Shown piece after piece: positions 10,087 to 18,616 of a stretch of DNA of 34,417 nucleotides. Under the pieces are notes generated by a model, which was given only the letters and a program-made list of their open reading frames with translations, made no database searches and was not told where the DNA came from. Position 1 is the first letter of the stretch. Every line of letters starts with the position of its first letter. The translations under genes and the position numbers were made by a program. Origin of the DNA: a virus (taxonomy: Duplodnaviria; Caudoviricetes); the IMG/VR virus record IMGVR_UViG_3300033816_000368, positions 1 through 34,417 of that record; one strand, written 5' to 3'.

Positions 10087-12510
10087 TTATCTCCTTGTGT
10101 AGAAACGTGGTGAATAGTTTCCTTCCCACATCATTGACAACAGGCTGACTGGAAAGGGCGAATCAGAAGTCAGGCGAAGATTGAAGTTCTCTGACCGTTG
10201 ATGAATAGGTACTGTAAACTGAGATGTACCGACAAATGGAACATCATTGGCTAGATAGAACTCAGCGTCCTTGACGCCTTGAGTTTCAACCCACTCAGTA
10301 CGTCCAGCGGTCTTAAGACGGAAGATTACGTCACCACCAAGACCAAGCATGAACTTCAGTCGTGCAAGGATCAGCGAGGCAGCGTAGTCGGATTGATTAG
10401 CGTTATTGCTTGACCGGTAGTAGATCCGTGGCATCTCTAGATCCATGCTGTACGTGTAACCCACAACAAGGTCATCACTAGATAGGTCTAGGTCATCTAC
10501 CTTTGCGTAGTACCCACCACCGTCTTGCAGCACTGTCGGGAACAGAACAAGACCAGCGTTTGTGTAGGTTGGTGTTGTTGCAGGGTTAGTGGTTACAACA
10601 CACAGTGTCCGATTGGAATCGTGCTTATACGGCAGGTAGACCTTGGTGTGCTCAGATCCTGGTGTACTGACATAGGTCTTACTTGCAGGTGCTGACCACA
10701 TATCCAATCGAGGATCCACACGGCTACCGTCACTGGTGACAAAGCTGGAGGTGGTGGAACTCTGGATCAGGTTGATTCTGTGGATGACGTAGGAGCCAGC
10801 CTGCTTTGTCAACACCCAAAAGACATCACTGTCGATTGCATGGTGCAGTACAAGTCCAGACATCCTCCAAGTGAACCAGGATTGGATCTGTCGCTCTTCA
10901 CCAGTGGTGTAGAAACGGAACAGGTACAGGTCTCTGCTTGATGTAGAACCCATCGATAGGATCGAGTTCTGCGGAGAACCTACAACCTGATCAACTGTTG
11001 AAGGAATCCACTCAGGTACAACCCGAGAGATATCCAACACAATCGGGCTTTCATCTTGACCACGGGTCTGCATCTCAAACACGCGGCTATATGACGGTGT
11101 CTTAGATAGGAATCCAACCGTAGTACCTAGGTCAACCGGATCATTCAACGTATCCATCTCGTAATTGGAGATGGTCTTGATGGTGGTTGTACCAGGCGTC
11201 AACACCCCGTTAGCACCTTGTAGAAGGAACTGCTGGGACCGGCTAAATAGCAGCAACCCCTGTGCAACAGGAACCACACCGTGGAGCGTTGCAGGACGGA
11301 TCGAGGAGCAGCTGATGTCAACCGGGTCTGACGCAATGGTGGTCAGCGCACTGTTGTGATAGAAGTTGAAGTAGTCTCCGGTTTGACTCATGGAGACGTT
11401 CTCTTCAGTTAACGCACCAAGACGGTTGTTGTAAAAGAAGAGCTTCTTAATGGTTTGACCTACAAAGGTCGGGTGTTCATTGCTTTCGTTATCACCAACC
11501 AGACGGTTCTCCCACGTTGCTTGCCTGAACGTGAAGGTTCCATCGTTGTTACGTACTAGCTGGTGTGGCATTGTTGATGCAGTCAAACCAGTACTGACAT
11601 CAGGTTTGATTGTCTCTTCCCAGTACCCAGGACCAGAGACAGTATTATCTGCAAAGAACTTGAGGAAATAATCATCCTCTACAGCCACGCTATTGCTGAC
11701 CTTCACGATCCTTCCGTGCTTGGCCTTTGCAGGAAGCCGAGAGATATTGTCTACTGAATCTTGAAAGGCAACGATGGCTTCCTTATCAGCACCACCTTTG
11801 ACGGTGATAGTAAAGGCTGAAGCATTCTCTACTTCAATCGTTGTACCGATCTTGGTTGCAGTGAACCCACTGACACCATTGATCGATGTCACCAGGGAAT
11901 CAATTATCCTATCTGCAGTTACTGTGTTCTCTGTCTGTGACGGAGTAGTGATCGCTGCTTCAGCGTTGAACGTGGTGTAGCTGACTGTGGTGCTGTTCAG
12001 TGTGACTTCGTACTTAGCTGCATATTCAACAGTATTCAGACGGATGGTCGCACGTTTACCGTAGGTGTAGCTCGGTGCTGCTTGTGTACCTACAGTAACG
12101 ATCTTGTTGGTGATGAACGTGTAGTCATTGATGGTCAGGACATCGTAGTCATCCTTTGCACCGGTGAGATAGCTAGTTGCACCAGCACCGTAGGTGACGG
12201 TCTTAGGAGCACCAGTCAGCAGACTCCAGATCTTGATCTCAGCTCCTTTAATGACGCAGATGTATTGTTCAACACTGTCCCGAAAGATCGAGAACCATTT
12301 ACCGTTGTCGTATGTAGACGGGGAGATCACTGCCCCAGCAGCATCCTTTAGTTCAGCAACGAACTTACCACCAGGACGCTTCATCAAACCGAACGTCGGT
12401 TCAGGGTATGCGTTCTGACAAATACGTAGCTGACCAGGAAACTTCAGATCATCTGTCTGTTGAGAGACACCACCTAAGTAGTTAGGAATACGTTGAGTGA
12501 CTGAAGCCAT
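10087..12510 (-). CDS. Tail tubular protein B (T7 gp12-like)
   Basis: 807 aa. MASVTQRIPNYLGGVSQQ...GLMKRPG, W.NRLVGD..SN..PTFVG, FFYNNRLG and terminal WEGNY motifs. Confidence 0.95.
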   Translation of the reverse strand: MASVTQRIPNYLGGVSQQTDDLKFPGQLRICQNAYPEPTFGLMKRPGGKFVAELKDAAGAVISPSTYDNGKWFSIFRDSVEQYICVIKGAEIKIWSLLTGAPKTVTYGAGATSYLTGAKDDYDVLTINDYTFITNKIVTVGTQAAPSYTYGKRATIRLNTVEYAAKYEVTLNSTTVSYTTFNAEAAITTPSQTENTVTADRIIDSLVTSINGVSGFTATKIGTTIEVENASAFTITVKGGADKEAIVAFQDSVDNISRLPAKAKHGRIVKVSNSVAVEDDYFLKFFADNTVSGPGYWEETIKPDVSTGLTASTMPHQLVRNNDGTFTFRQATWENRLVGDNESNEHPTFVGQTIKKLFFYNNRLGALTEENVSMSQTGDYFNFYHNSALTTIASDPVDISCSSIRPATLHGVVPVAQGLLLFSRSQQFLLQGANGVLTPGTTTIKTISNYEMDTLNDPVDLGTTVGFLSKTPSYSRVFEMQTRGQDESPIVLDISRVVPEWIPSTVDQVVGSPQNSILSMGSTSSRDLYLFRFYTTGEERQIQSWFTWRMSGLVLHHAIDSDVFWVLTKQAGSYVIHRINLIQSSTTSSFVTSDGSRVDPRLDMWSAPASKTYVSTPGSEHTKVYLPYKHDSNRTLCVVTTNPATTPTYTNAGLVLFPTVLQDGGGYYAKVDDLDLSSDDLVVGYTYSMDLEMPRIYYRSSNNANQSDYAASLILARLKFMLGLGGDVIFRLKTAGRTEWVETQGVKDAEFYLANDVPFVGTSQFTVPIHQRSENFNLRLTSDSPFPVSLLSMMWEGNYSPRFYTRR

Positions 12511-12511
12511 A

Positions 12512-13126
12512 TCATCGAGCTAAGGTACGGTACGGTTGATAGCTGTTATAGAAGTTCATCCCACGGGGGAAGCCAAAGAAGGTGTAGTTACCTTGATTGC
12601 ATTCATACTCAAGAGCATTGGCACGGGCCATTGCTTCCTTTTGTTGAAGCATTGAATAGACTGTGGAGTCACCCACCATCTTGGTTGAAGCCTGAACCGC
12701 TGCTCGTGATGTGATGTAGTCACGGAACGGGATCGGGAGATCCTTAAAATCAAACAACCAGACCACGTCGCACTTCAGTGTGTCTGTCCATGTGTACTTG
12801 TGATCGATCTTGTTGTACAACTTGCTATCCCTGCGGACTACCTCAACCCCTCGATTCTCCGGTAGGTCGGAAAGATCAAGAAGAAGGATGTTGTCAGCAA
12901 TTGCAATCTCACCGTTGTCGTCCGGTTTGAATGGGAATTCAGATTCTGTGTTGAATGACCACCCCTCTGCTTGCACTTCACGGTTCACCTCATTCAAGGT
13001 GTCGTATGCGATAGCTACGTCAGGGTTGGTTTGATCGAGAGTAGTGACAGGAGCCTGTCCTACTGCTCCGAGTATTTGATTTACGGCAGCCAGTTCGGTG
13101 GCCACTAAAGCACTAGGAAGGGGCAT
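12512..13126 (-). CDS. Tail tubular protein A (T7 gp11-like)
   Basis: TELAAVNQILGAVGQAPV...VQAEGWSFNTE...LP..FRDYI motifs and synteny. Confidence 0.95.
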   Translation of the reverse strand: MPLPSALVATELAAVNQILGAVGQAPVTTLDQTNPDVAIAYDTLNEVNREVQAEGWSFNTESEFPFKPDDNGEIAIADNILLLDLSDLPENRGVEVVRRDSKLYNKIDHKYTWTDTLKCDVVWLFDFKDLPIPFRDYITSRAAVQASTKMVGDSTVYSMLQQKEAMARANALEYECNQGNYTFFGFPRGMNFYNSYQPYRTLAR

Positions 13127-13135
13127 ATCACTATT

Positions 13136-13171
13136 AAAGAAAAAGAGGGGAACTCTTAATAAGCTCCCCCG
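13136..13171 (-). terminator. Intrinsic terminator after the capsid genes (T-phi-equivalent position)
   Basis: Minus strand reads GGGGAGCT-TATTAAG-AGTTCCCC, followed by TCTTTTTCTTT. Confidence 0.8.
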
Positions 13172-13182
13172 TAATTAAAAGA

Positions 13183-13353
13183 TCAGACGTTGGTGATGTT
13201 GCACTCAACGCTGGGGTAGGCAAGACGAAGACCTTTGGTCACCGACTTGACAGCAGAGTCAGCCACAGCAGTGCCGTAGCCTTTTTGGGTCTTAGCCACC
13301 GATTTGCGTTCAGCATCAGTGGTGCAGACGCCAGCGGCGTTAGAAGCAGCCAT
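13183..13353 (-). CDS. Small 56-aa protein after the capsid gene, possibly a capsid accessory (MAASNAAGVCTTDAERKSVAKT...VECNITNV)
   Basis: Translated by hand (below the ORF-track cutoff). GAGGT Shine-Dalgarno upstream. Fills the gap between the capsid stop and the terminator. Confidence 0.75.
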   Translation of the reverse strand: MAASNAAGVCTTDAERKSVAKTQKGYGTAVADSAVKSVTKGLRLAYPSVECNITNV

Positions 13354-13365
13354 TGGTTAAATACC

Positions 13366-14613
13366 TCAGGAACGAGCAGACTGCAGCTCGATAGCAGCAG
13401 CGGGGTTCAGGGTGCCGCAACCCATGGCCAGACGGCCCAGGATCACATCGCCCTGATACAGCACAGAGACATCACCAGAGGTGGTCTGCACTTGAGGACC
13501 GATGGCCTCCACCACACCAGCAGCATCCTTCTGATAGATGAGGCCGCAGTGGGTGCTGAAGTCACCGGAGTAGTTGTTGTTCTCACCACTCACAGCAGCC
13601 ACGTTACCGGCCAGGAAAGGCAGGTTGTTGCTGCGCTTGATGGTGATACCAGCGATTTCATACAGGCCTTCACCGCTGTTCAGGTTACCTTGGGAGGCAC
13701 CGTAGTCACGGTTGAGGATGTTGGAATCGACCTGGCTGATCAGTGCGTAGTACTGACGGGGAGACAGCACAGCATGACGGCCAGTCTTGGGCAGGTTCTT
13801 CTCGTCGAGAATAGCTGCAGCTTCAAAGAAAGCGTCCACCAGAGACTGAGCATCAAACTCCTTCTGAACACCCAGTTGGATGATCGAACCACCGGGCTCA
13901 GGACCAGGAGCTGCAGTGATGGGGTGCGCCTCACGTGCGGCCTTGGCGATCATACGGAAGATCTTTTTGTCATAAGCCTCAGCGAGGGCATGACCGATCT
14001 TTTTGGAGATCTCGCCGCGCAGCGAGTAGTGAGCGAGAGTCTCGTCCAGGTCATACACAAAGGCAGAGCTGACGAGCAGGTCGTCACAGACGATGGTCTT
14101 CTCGGCCACCGGGGGATCACCACTACCAAGGATAGGAGTACCAGGGGTGTGGTAACCAGCGGTCATACGACCGGTAAAGATGAACTGCAGGGACTTGCCG
14201 TTCTTCAGAGTACGACGCTGCACGGTATCACGTGCAATCGTGGCGGACTCATAAGCTTTGAACAGCTCGCCGCTGAACAATTTGCTCCGTATCCTAGTCT
14301 TTCGATTAGGGGAGGACTATATCTTCATCCACTTGGGATGTCGGGCGCTAATCATGTATTACGTGCCACGCTTGACACACCATGTAGTCTCTGGACCTTT
14401 CTTGCAAGAACGTGCAAGACTTGGCTGCTGATTGCCATAGGTATATTATACCCTTAGGGTTCCAGCAATTCACCCGATGCACTCAGCCAATTACTTGGAT
14501 GAGGCCCCATTATTGAGGTAGGTAGCGTATTTGGTATCGTATGCACGATTACCAGCGGTATCGGCTACAGCTTTATTAAGAGTACCGAGTACGGATTGAG
14601 TGGCGTTAGCCAT
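13366..14613 (-). CDS. Major capsid protein (T7 gp10-like), two exons: 14613-14516 and 14284-13366, 338 aa after splicing
   Basis: Exon 2 encodes LFSGELFKAY...RTLKNGKSLQF...DDLLVSS...RLAMGCGTLNPAAAIEL. Exon 1 encodes MANATQSVLGTLNKAVADTAGNRAYDTKYATY and joins in frame (CT|C AAA = L K) when the intron is removed. Confidence 0.95.
14285..14515 (-). ncRNA. Group I self-splicing intron (231 nt, ORF-less, probably subgroup IA) in the major capsid gene
   Basis: Core elements: P GAAUUGCUGGAA (14471-14460), Q AAUCAGCAGC (14433-14424), R GUCCAGAGACUACA (14396-14383), S AAGAUAUAGUCC (14325-14314). The 5' exon ends in U within P1 (CCU|CA-AUAA-UGGGG, U.G pair) and the intron ends in G. P3 is UCGGGUG/CGCCCGA, P8 is CAUCC/GGAUG, and P2 and P9 have GNRA loops. 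Confidence 0.95.
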
Positions 14614-14763
14614 TGTTAGAAAAGAGAGAGAAGTTAATAGTTCTCCCTAACCGGTTAGGAATTCACAAGACGTGATGTCATGTGCATTCAAGTGTTTTGT
14701 TTTTTGTCTGTCTCTCCAGACTGTCAATGACTAAAGGGTGTCCGCCTTAGCGGGCCAATAGTC

Positions 14764-14797
14764 AAAGAAAAGGGGATCCGACTCTGAGGTGTCCCCA
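14764..14797 (-). terminator. Probable intrinsic terminator at the end of the accessory island
   Basis: Minus strand reads GGGGA-CACCTCAGAGTCGGA-TCCCC followed by TTTTCTTT. Confidence 0.55.
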
Positions 14798-14809
14798 GTC
14801 CAGTTATTG

Positions 14810-15094
14810 TTATGCGAATACTCGCACCGGCTGCTCAGGGCTGACCACATAGGCGTCCCAGCCCTCGGGCAGCTCACCGATGTAGTTCACATGCCAGCCG
14901 TCCAGCACCGTGGGAGGCGCCAGCACCTCGCCAGTTTCTGGGTCGTACTCACCGCCGATGGAGATGGTGCCGATTACATCCAGTGCATGGGTGTGACTAG
15001 CCGTGATGGGGTTCAACCCGTCATCCAACAGCCCTGCATTGTCCAAGGCAGTCATGCCAGATACGGCATCGGGAAAGCGTAGGTAGTGGGTCAT
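14810..15094 (-). CDS. Hypothetical protein, probable partner or chaperone of the upstream fibre-like protein
   Basis: 94 aa with ALDVIGTI...DGWHVN...P..P.RVFA. ATGA coupling to the upstream stop. Confidence 0.7.
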   Translation of the reverse strand: MTHYLRFPDAVSGMTALDNAGLLDDGLNPITASHTHALDVIGTISIGGEYDPETGEVLAPPTVLDGWHVNYIGELPEGWDAYVVSPEQPVRVFA

Positions 15095-16923
15095 TGCGTC
15101 ACCGCCTGGAGCGTGGAGTTGCTGAGGCGCTGGGGCCAGTAGGCTAAACGCGCAATAGTGCCGTTAGCGTAATTAGTATTAGCCGCGTTACGACCAATAT
15201 TTGCTTGAATAACTGCTGGAACTGTTCCCGTTGCGTCCGTTACTGGAGTGGCGCCATTTGCTGACAAAGCAAAATCATTTAATGCGTAGCAGCCAACCGA
15301 CTTAAGAACCGTATAAGGGGAATAAGATATATTCAGTGCTCCTGTCTGAGTTGTTCCGCTAACGACTACATTAAAGTTTGCTTGTGTTGCTGTTGTACGG
15401 CTAGTAATAGTGTCGTTGTTTGTAGTGTTAATGTTAACAATTGTATTAAATGCTCCAGGTGGAAGAATGGCCTGACTAAACACCGTCCCCTCATCCTGCC
15501 GATACCAGCTGCTGAAGTTCGCCCCCGTGATGCTGGCCACGTCTGCACTGCGGGTGACCGTTGCGGTTGTTGTGGGGATGTAGCTGGTGGGGAAAGCGCC
15601 GGCTTCTAGCTGCGCACCCCAGATCAGGATGGTGCCGGTGCCGTCGCCTTGGTAAGTAGTTCCTGTTCCGCCAATTAATAGAGCCGTGCGAATTTGCATA
15701 GCACCAGTGCCACTGGTCGTAGCAGTCATGGTGGTGGTAATTCGATACCAGCCGTTTGGGTAAGCAGTAATTATGTTTGTGGCACCAGTGGCGCTTGCCA
15801 CTATTGTTCCGTTGGTGATATTCGCCTTTATTCCAATAGTTGCATTCCCAAGCATTGCTGACGGAAACACCACTGCGACACTTTCTAGAGTACCCCGTTT
15901 CGCAAACACGGAGAATGTATAAGCAGTGCCGCTAGCAAAAGCTATACCTGGTTGTGTAATGATGTGGTTATTGGAAGACGCGTCCAACGTATCCCTTAGC
16001 TCCCAAGCTGTGTTTGTTCCGTCTGGTGCAATTCCAGCGGCGGCTGTTTCACTTGATAGTGTGTTTATCCATGTCGTATCAAACCCATTGCTCTGCAGCA
16101 GCAGGTTCGTCCTCTGCTCCTCCACCAGCAGCCCCAGGCTTTCGCCGGTCGTGGGGTTGTGGTCGAAGCGGGGCGCACTGTTAATCGTGCTGGTAGTAGG
16201 GATGTATTCACCCACACTAGACGACTGCTCTAGTTGGGCTCCCCAGAGGTAAATACCGGAGGTGTTATCGCCAGTGTAGTTGGCAACAGAAGTGCTAGTT
16301 GCTAATCTAAATTGAACCGCAGACGACGCGCTGGCGGTTGCAGCAACTGTAAATGAGCATCGAAACCATCCATCGCCAACATTAACAACAGTCGCTCCTG
16401 ATGTTGGCGTAGTGCCATTAGATAGATCAAAAAACGAATTAGCTTGAGCTCCTATAAATCCGGAGCCAAATGCAATGCTAAAAAACGTTCGTTCTGCAAC
16501 TTTTACAAAACACGACGCTGTGTAAGTAGTCCCAGAAGTATGAGCAATAATTTGTTGAATTAAATGAGTGCTAGTATTGCTGTTTTCAATTAACTTATCT
16601 GCCGTGAGGCTTCCATTGGGGCTCTGAATCACATTTGCGTTGACGCTGGTTTGGCCAGGCGTCCAACTCGCACTCTCAAACTCCTCACTCCGCAGCAGGA
16701 GGTTCGTCACCGCCGTCCGAATCAGCCCGTCGCTGCCCACGTAGGTGCCGCTGCTGGCGCGGGTGAAGGTGACAAGGTTCTGGCCACTTGCGGAATCAAT
16801 AAGACTCTTGTTAGCAGCGAAGTTGAGATCTAATGAAGGTAGTTGACCTGATAGGTCATAAAGCTGGTCACCAAACCCACGATGCGAAGAGTTTGCCGCC
16901 AGCTTGGTGCCAAGCAGTCTCAT
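15091..16923 (-). CDS. Virion fibre/decoration-like structural protein with two tandem beta-sandwich (carbohydrate-binding-like) repeats
   Basis: 610 aa. FTRASSGTY...PRFDH...GLLVEEQRTN framework, duplicated TNLLL.S..F...GW[FY]R...[IL]WGAQLE units, and PTSYIPT...TRSAD. Confidence 0.7.
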   Translation of the reverse strand: MRLLGTKLAANSSHRGFGDQLYDLSGQLPSLDLNFAANKSLIDSASGQNLVTFTRASSGTYVGSDGLIRTAVTNLLLRSEEFESASWTPGQTSVNANVIQSPNGSLTADKLIENSNTSTHLIQQIIAHTSGTTYTASCFVKVAERTFFSIAFGSGFIGAQANSFFDLSNGTTPTSGATVVNVGDGWFRCSFTVAATASASSAVQFRLATSTSVANYTGDNTSGIYLWGAQLEQSSSVGEYIPTTSTINSAPRFDHNPTTGESLGLLVEEQRTNLLLQSNGFDTTWINTLSSETAAAGIAPDGTNTAWELRDTLDASSNNHIITQPGIAFASGTAYTFSVFAKRGTLESVAVVFPSAMLGNATIGIKANITNGTIVASATGATNIITAYPNGWYRITTTMTATTSGTGAMQIRTALLIGGTGTTYQGDGTGTILIWGAQLEAGAFPTSYIPTTTATVTRSADVASITGANFSSWYRQDEGTVFSQAILPPGAFNTIVNINTTNNDTITSRTTATQANFNVVVSGTTQTGALNISYSPYTVLKSVGCYALNDFALSANGATPVTDATGTVPAVIQANIGRNAANTNYANGTIARLAYWPQRLSNSTLQAVTQ

Positions 16924-16925
16924 GA

Positions 16926-17270
16926 TTAGGTAAGCTCGGTAAGGGCCAAGCTACCATTTACAGTAGCTGCAGATTCACGAATGACAGCAATGTTTGCACC
17001 AAACGGTACAGCCAGATCAAGCCGCTCACCGTTGGCAATGAAGTGGCCAGTAGAGGCATTAGCAGTTTGAGTACCGACGCCAACTACATATCGAATATCA
17101 CAACCGCGAGCACGGATACTGATACGAGAGATGTTGGCAGTCAATGCTGTATTAGCAGAAGTTGTAGTAGCAGTAAGTTGCCTAGCTACGGTAGGAATGC
17201 CGAGAGTCTCAACATGCTCCGCATGCCGATTGTTCGGGACATTGAATGTAGTGGCGCCTGAATAGGTCAT
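16926..17270 (-). CDS. Hypothetical beta-rich protein (possible capsid/fibre adaptor)
   Basis: 114-aa ORF tightly packed between rlpA and the fibre gene. Confidence 0.65.
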   Translation of the reverse strand: MTYSGATTFNVPNNRHAEHVETLGIPTVARQLTATTTSANTALTANISRISIRARGCDIRYVVGVGTQTANASTGHFIANGERLDLAVPFGANIAVIRESAATVNGSLALTELT

Positions 17271-17272
17271 GA

Positions 17273-17578
17273 TTAATGTACCGGTGTGATGGTTACTTGA
17301 CCTACACCCATGCTCCTCAAGCCAATCGCATCAGCTGCTGCCCTACTCAAATCAATATCACGACCATGAACAAAAGGTCCACGATCATTAATAGTGACAT
17401 TCGTACACCTCTTGGTTGTGGTGCTACACACTCGGACTTTGGTTCCAAATGGGAGTGTGCGGTGAGCAGCAGTGTGTGCATTCATGTTGTAGATCTCACC
17501 AGAAGCGGTGCGTCTACCGTGATATGGAATGCCATACCACGAAGCGAGAGAAGCAAGTGTAAGTGTCAGAGTTAGCAT
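17273..17578 (-). CDS. rlpA: RlpA-like double-psi beta-barrel lytic transglycosylase
   Basis: ASWYG...GRRTASGEIYN...TAAHRTLPFGTKVRV...INDRGPFV.GR.IDLS..AA..IG is the RlpA/DPBB_1 signature. Confidence 0.9.
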   Translation of the reverse strand: MLTLTLTLASLASWYGIPYHGRRTASGEIYNMNAHTAAHRTLPFGTKVRVCSTTTKRCTNVTINDRGPFVHGRDIDLSRAAADAIGLRSMGVGQVTITPVH

Positions 17579-17634
17579 TAGTTCATTGCAAAGGACTTTT
17601 ATATTGCTTACTCGACTGTCACGTTTTTACTTGA

Positions 17635-18411
17635 CTAGTACTGGAGGTTGGAACGTTCCAGCTTGTCATACACATCCTGCCGGTAGGCCGGATCGTTTTC
17701 ATAGCGAGGATCACTCATTGCACGGACAACCTCTGCCTGACTGCGGAATGCATCCACAGTTCGTGCAGCGTTACCGGTCAACAGCTGACCGTCATACCCA
17801 ACGGAATCATTGAATCGGTAGCTCAAAGCCTGAATAGCAAAGTAAATAGCTTGAGGATCTCCACGGTCCATAACTTGGTCATAGACCTGAATCTCCTCCG
17901 GTGAAAGGTTCTGAGCTGCCCATGCCATCATGTTGTTGTATTGCTGCTCACCACCAGCAACACCCTTTAGTTCACTGACATCAGTCTCATCAAGAGCATA
18001 GCTCTCAACTTGAGGCTCAGCGTTCTGTCGGTAGCTGAGGAACATATCAGCAATATCAGCAGCTGACATCCCCTCCAGAGCTTGCAGAGTTTCATCAGAA
18101 AACTGACCAGAGTCAGCCTCCTCAGCAAGACGATTAAGGAAGGAATAGTCTCCCTCCTCGATCACCTCTTCTTCCTGCTCTGCTACTTCAGGTTCCTCGG
18201 CTTCGGGTTCCTGTCCACGCTGACTGAACCTCGATTGAAGTTCAAGGTAAGCACGTTCCAGCTCTTCAGCGTCACGATACTTACCAGCCAACAGGGCTTC
18301 TTGTTCTTGTGCTAGACGTTCACCAATCTCCAGACTTTCAGAGTCACGAGCCTCAGCCTCTTCAAGAGCTGTCGGATCGTCGGAGGGGTCATACGTCAGG
18401 TTGAATGCCAT
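17635..18411 (-). CDS. Capsid assembly scaffolding protein (T7 gp9-like)
   Basis: Acidic protein with LLAGKY, AGGEQQY..M..WA and FRSQAEVVRAMSDPRYENDPAYR motifs. Confidence 0.93.
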   Translation of the reverse strand: MAFNLTYDPSDDPTALEEAEARDSESLEIGERLAQEQEALLAGKYRDAEELERAYLELQSRFSQRGQEPEAEEPEVAEQEEEVIEEGDYSFLNRLAEEADSGQFSDETLQALEGMSAADIADMFLSYRQNAEPQVESYALDETDVSELKGVAGGEQQYNNMMAWAAQNLSPEEIQVYDQVMDRGDPQAIYFAIQALSYRFNDSVGYDGQLLTGNAARTVDAFRSQAEVVRAMSDPRYENDPAYRQDVYDKLERSNLQY

Positions 18412-18616
18412 AAGAAGTTTGTACTTTTAGATTACCAAGACCAACCGACTCAACACGATTAGGACGACCAATGGTCGATTTACCAATCAGGTTGGTACGA
18501 CGGGCGTATTTGTTTTCATTGAACTCTTCGCGGTCTTCCTGGGTAAGAGGATTAGAGACCGGGTGGAGGGGTTCCTTCTTGACCCGTTGGGGCTTGCTGG
18601 GTGTCTGTTTGTCCAT
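18389..18616 (-). CDS. Small basic hypothetical protein between portal and scaffold
   Basis: 75-aa ORF (ENKYARR) that fills the portal-scaffold gap and overlaps both neighbours. Confidence 0.55.
   Translation of the reverse strand: MDKQTPSKPQRVKKEPLHPVSNPLTQEDREEFNENKYARRTNLIGKSTIGRPNRVESVGLGNLKVQTSYGIQPDV

Noticed and set aside
13350-13370. T7 10B-like capsid extension by readthrough or frameshift into the 56-aa ORF
   Set aside because: The small ORF is in frame, but TGA GGT ATT TAA places a second stop before it. There is no slippery sequence, and it has its own SD.
13285-14457. 390-aa plus-strand ORF across the capsid gene and intron (possible intron-encoded protein)
   Set aside because: It is an antisense shadow of a strongly codon-biased gene, has no endonuclease motifs, and lies on the wrong strand for the intron.
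17579-17634. Sigma70-like promoter upstream of rlpA (GTGACA...TATAAA)
   Set aside because: The spacer is only 13 nt, so it cannot be supported from sequence alone. No repeated phage RNA polymerase promoter consensus was identified by eye.
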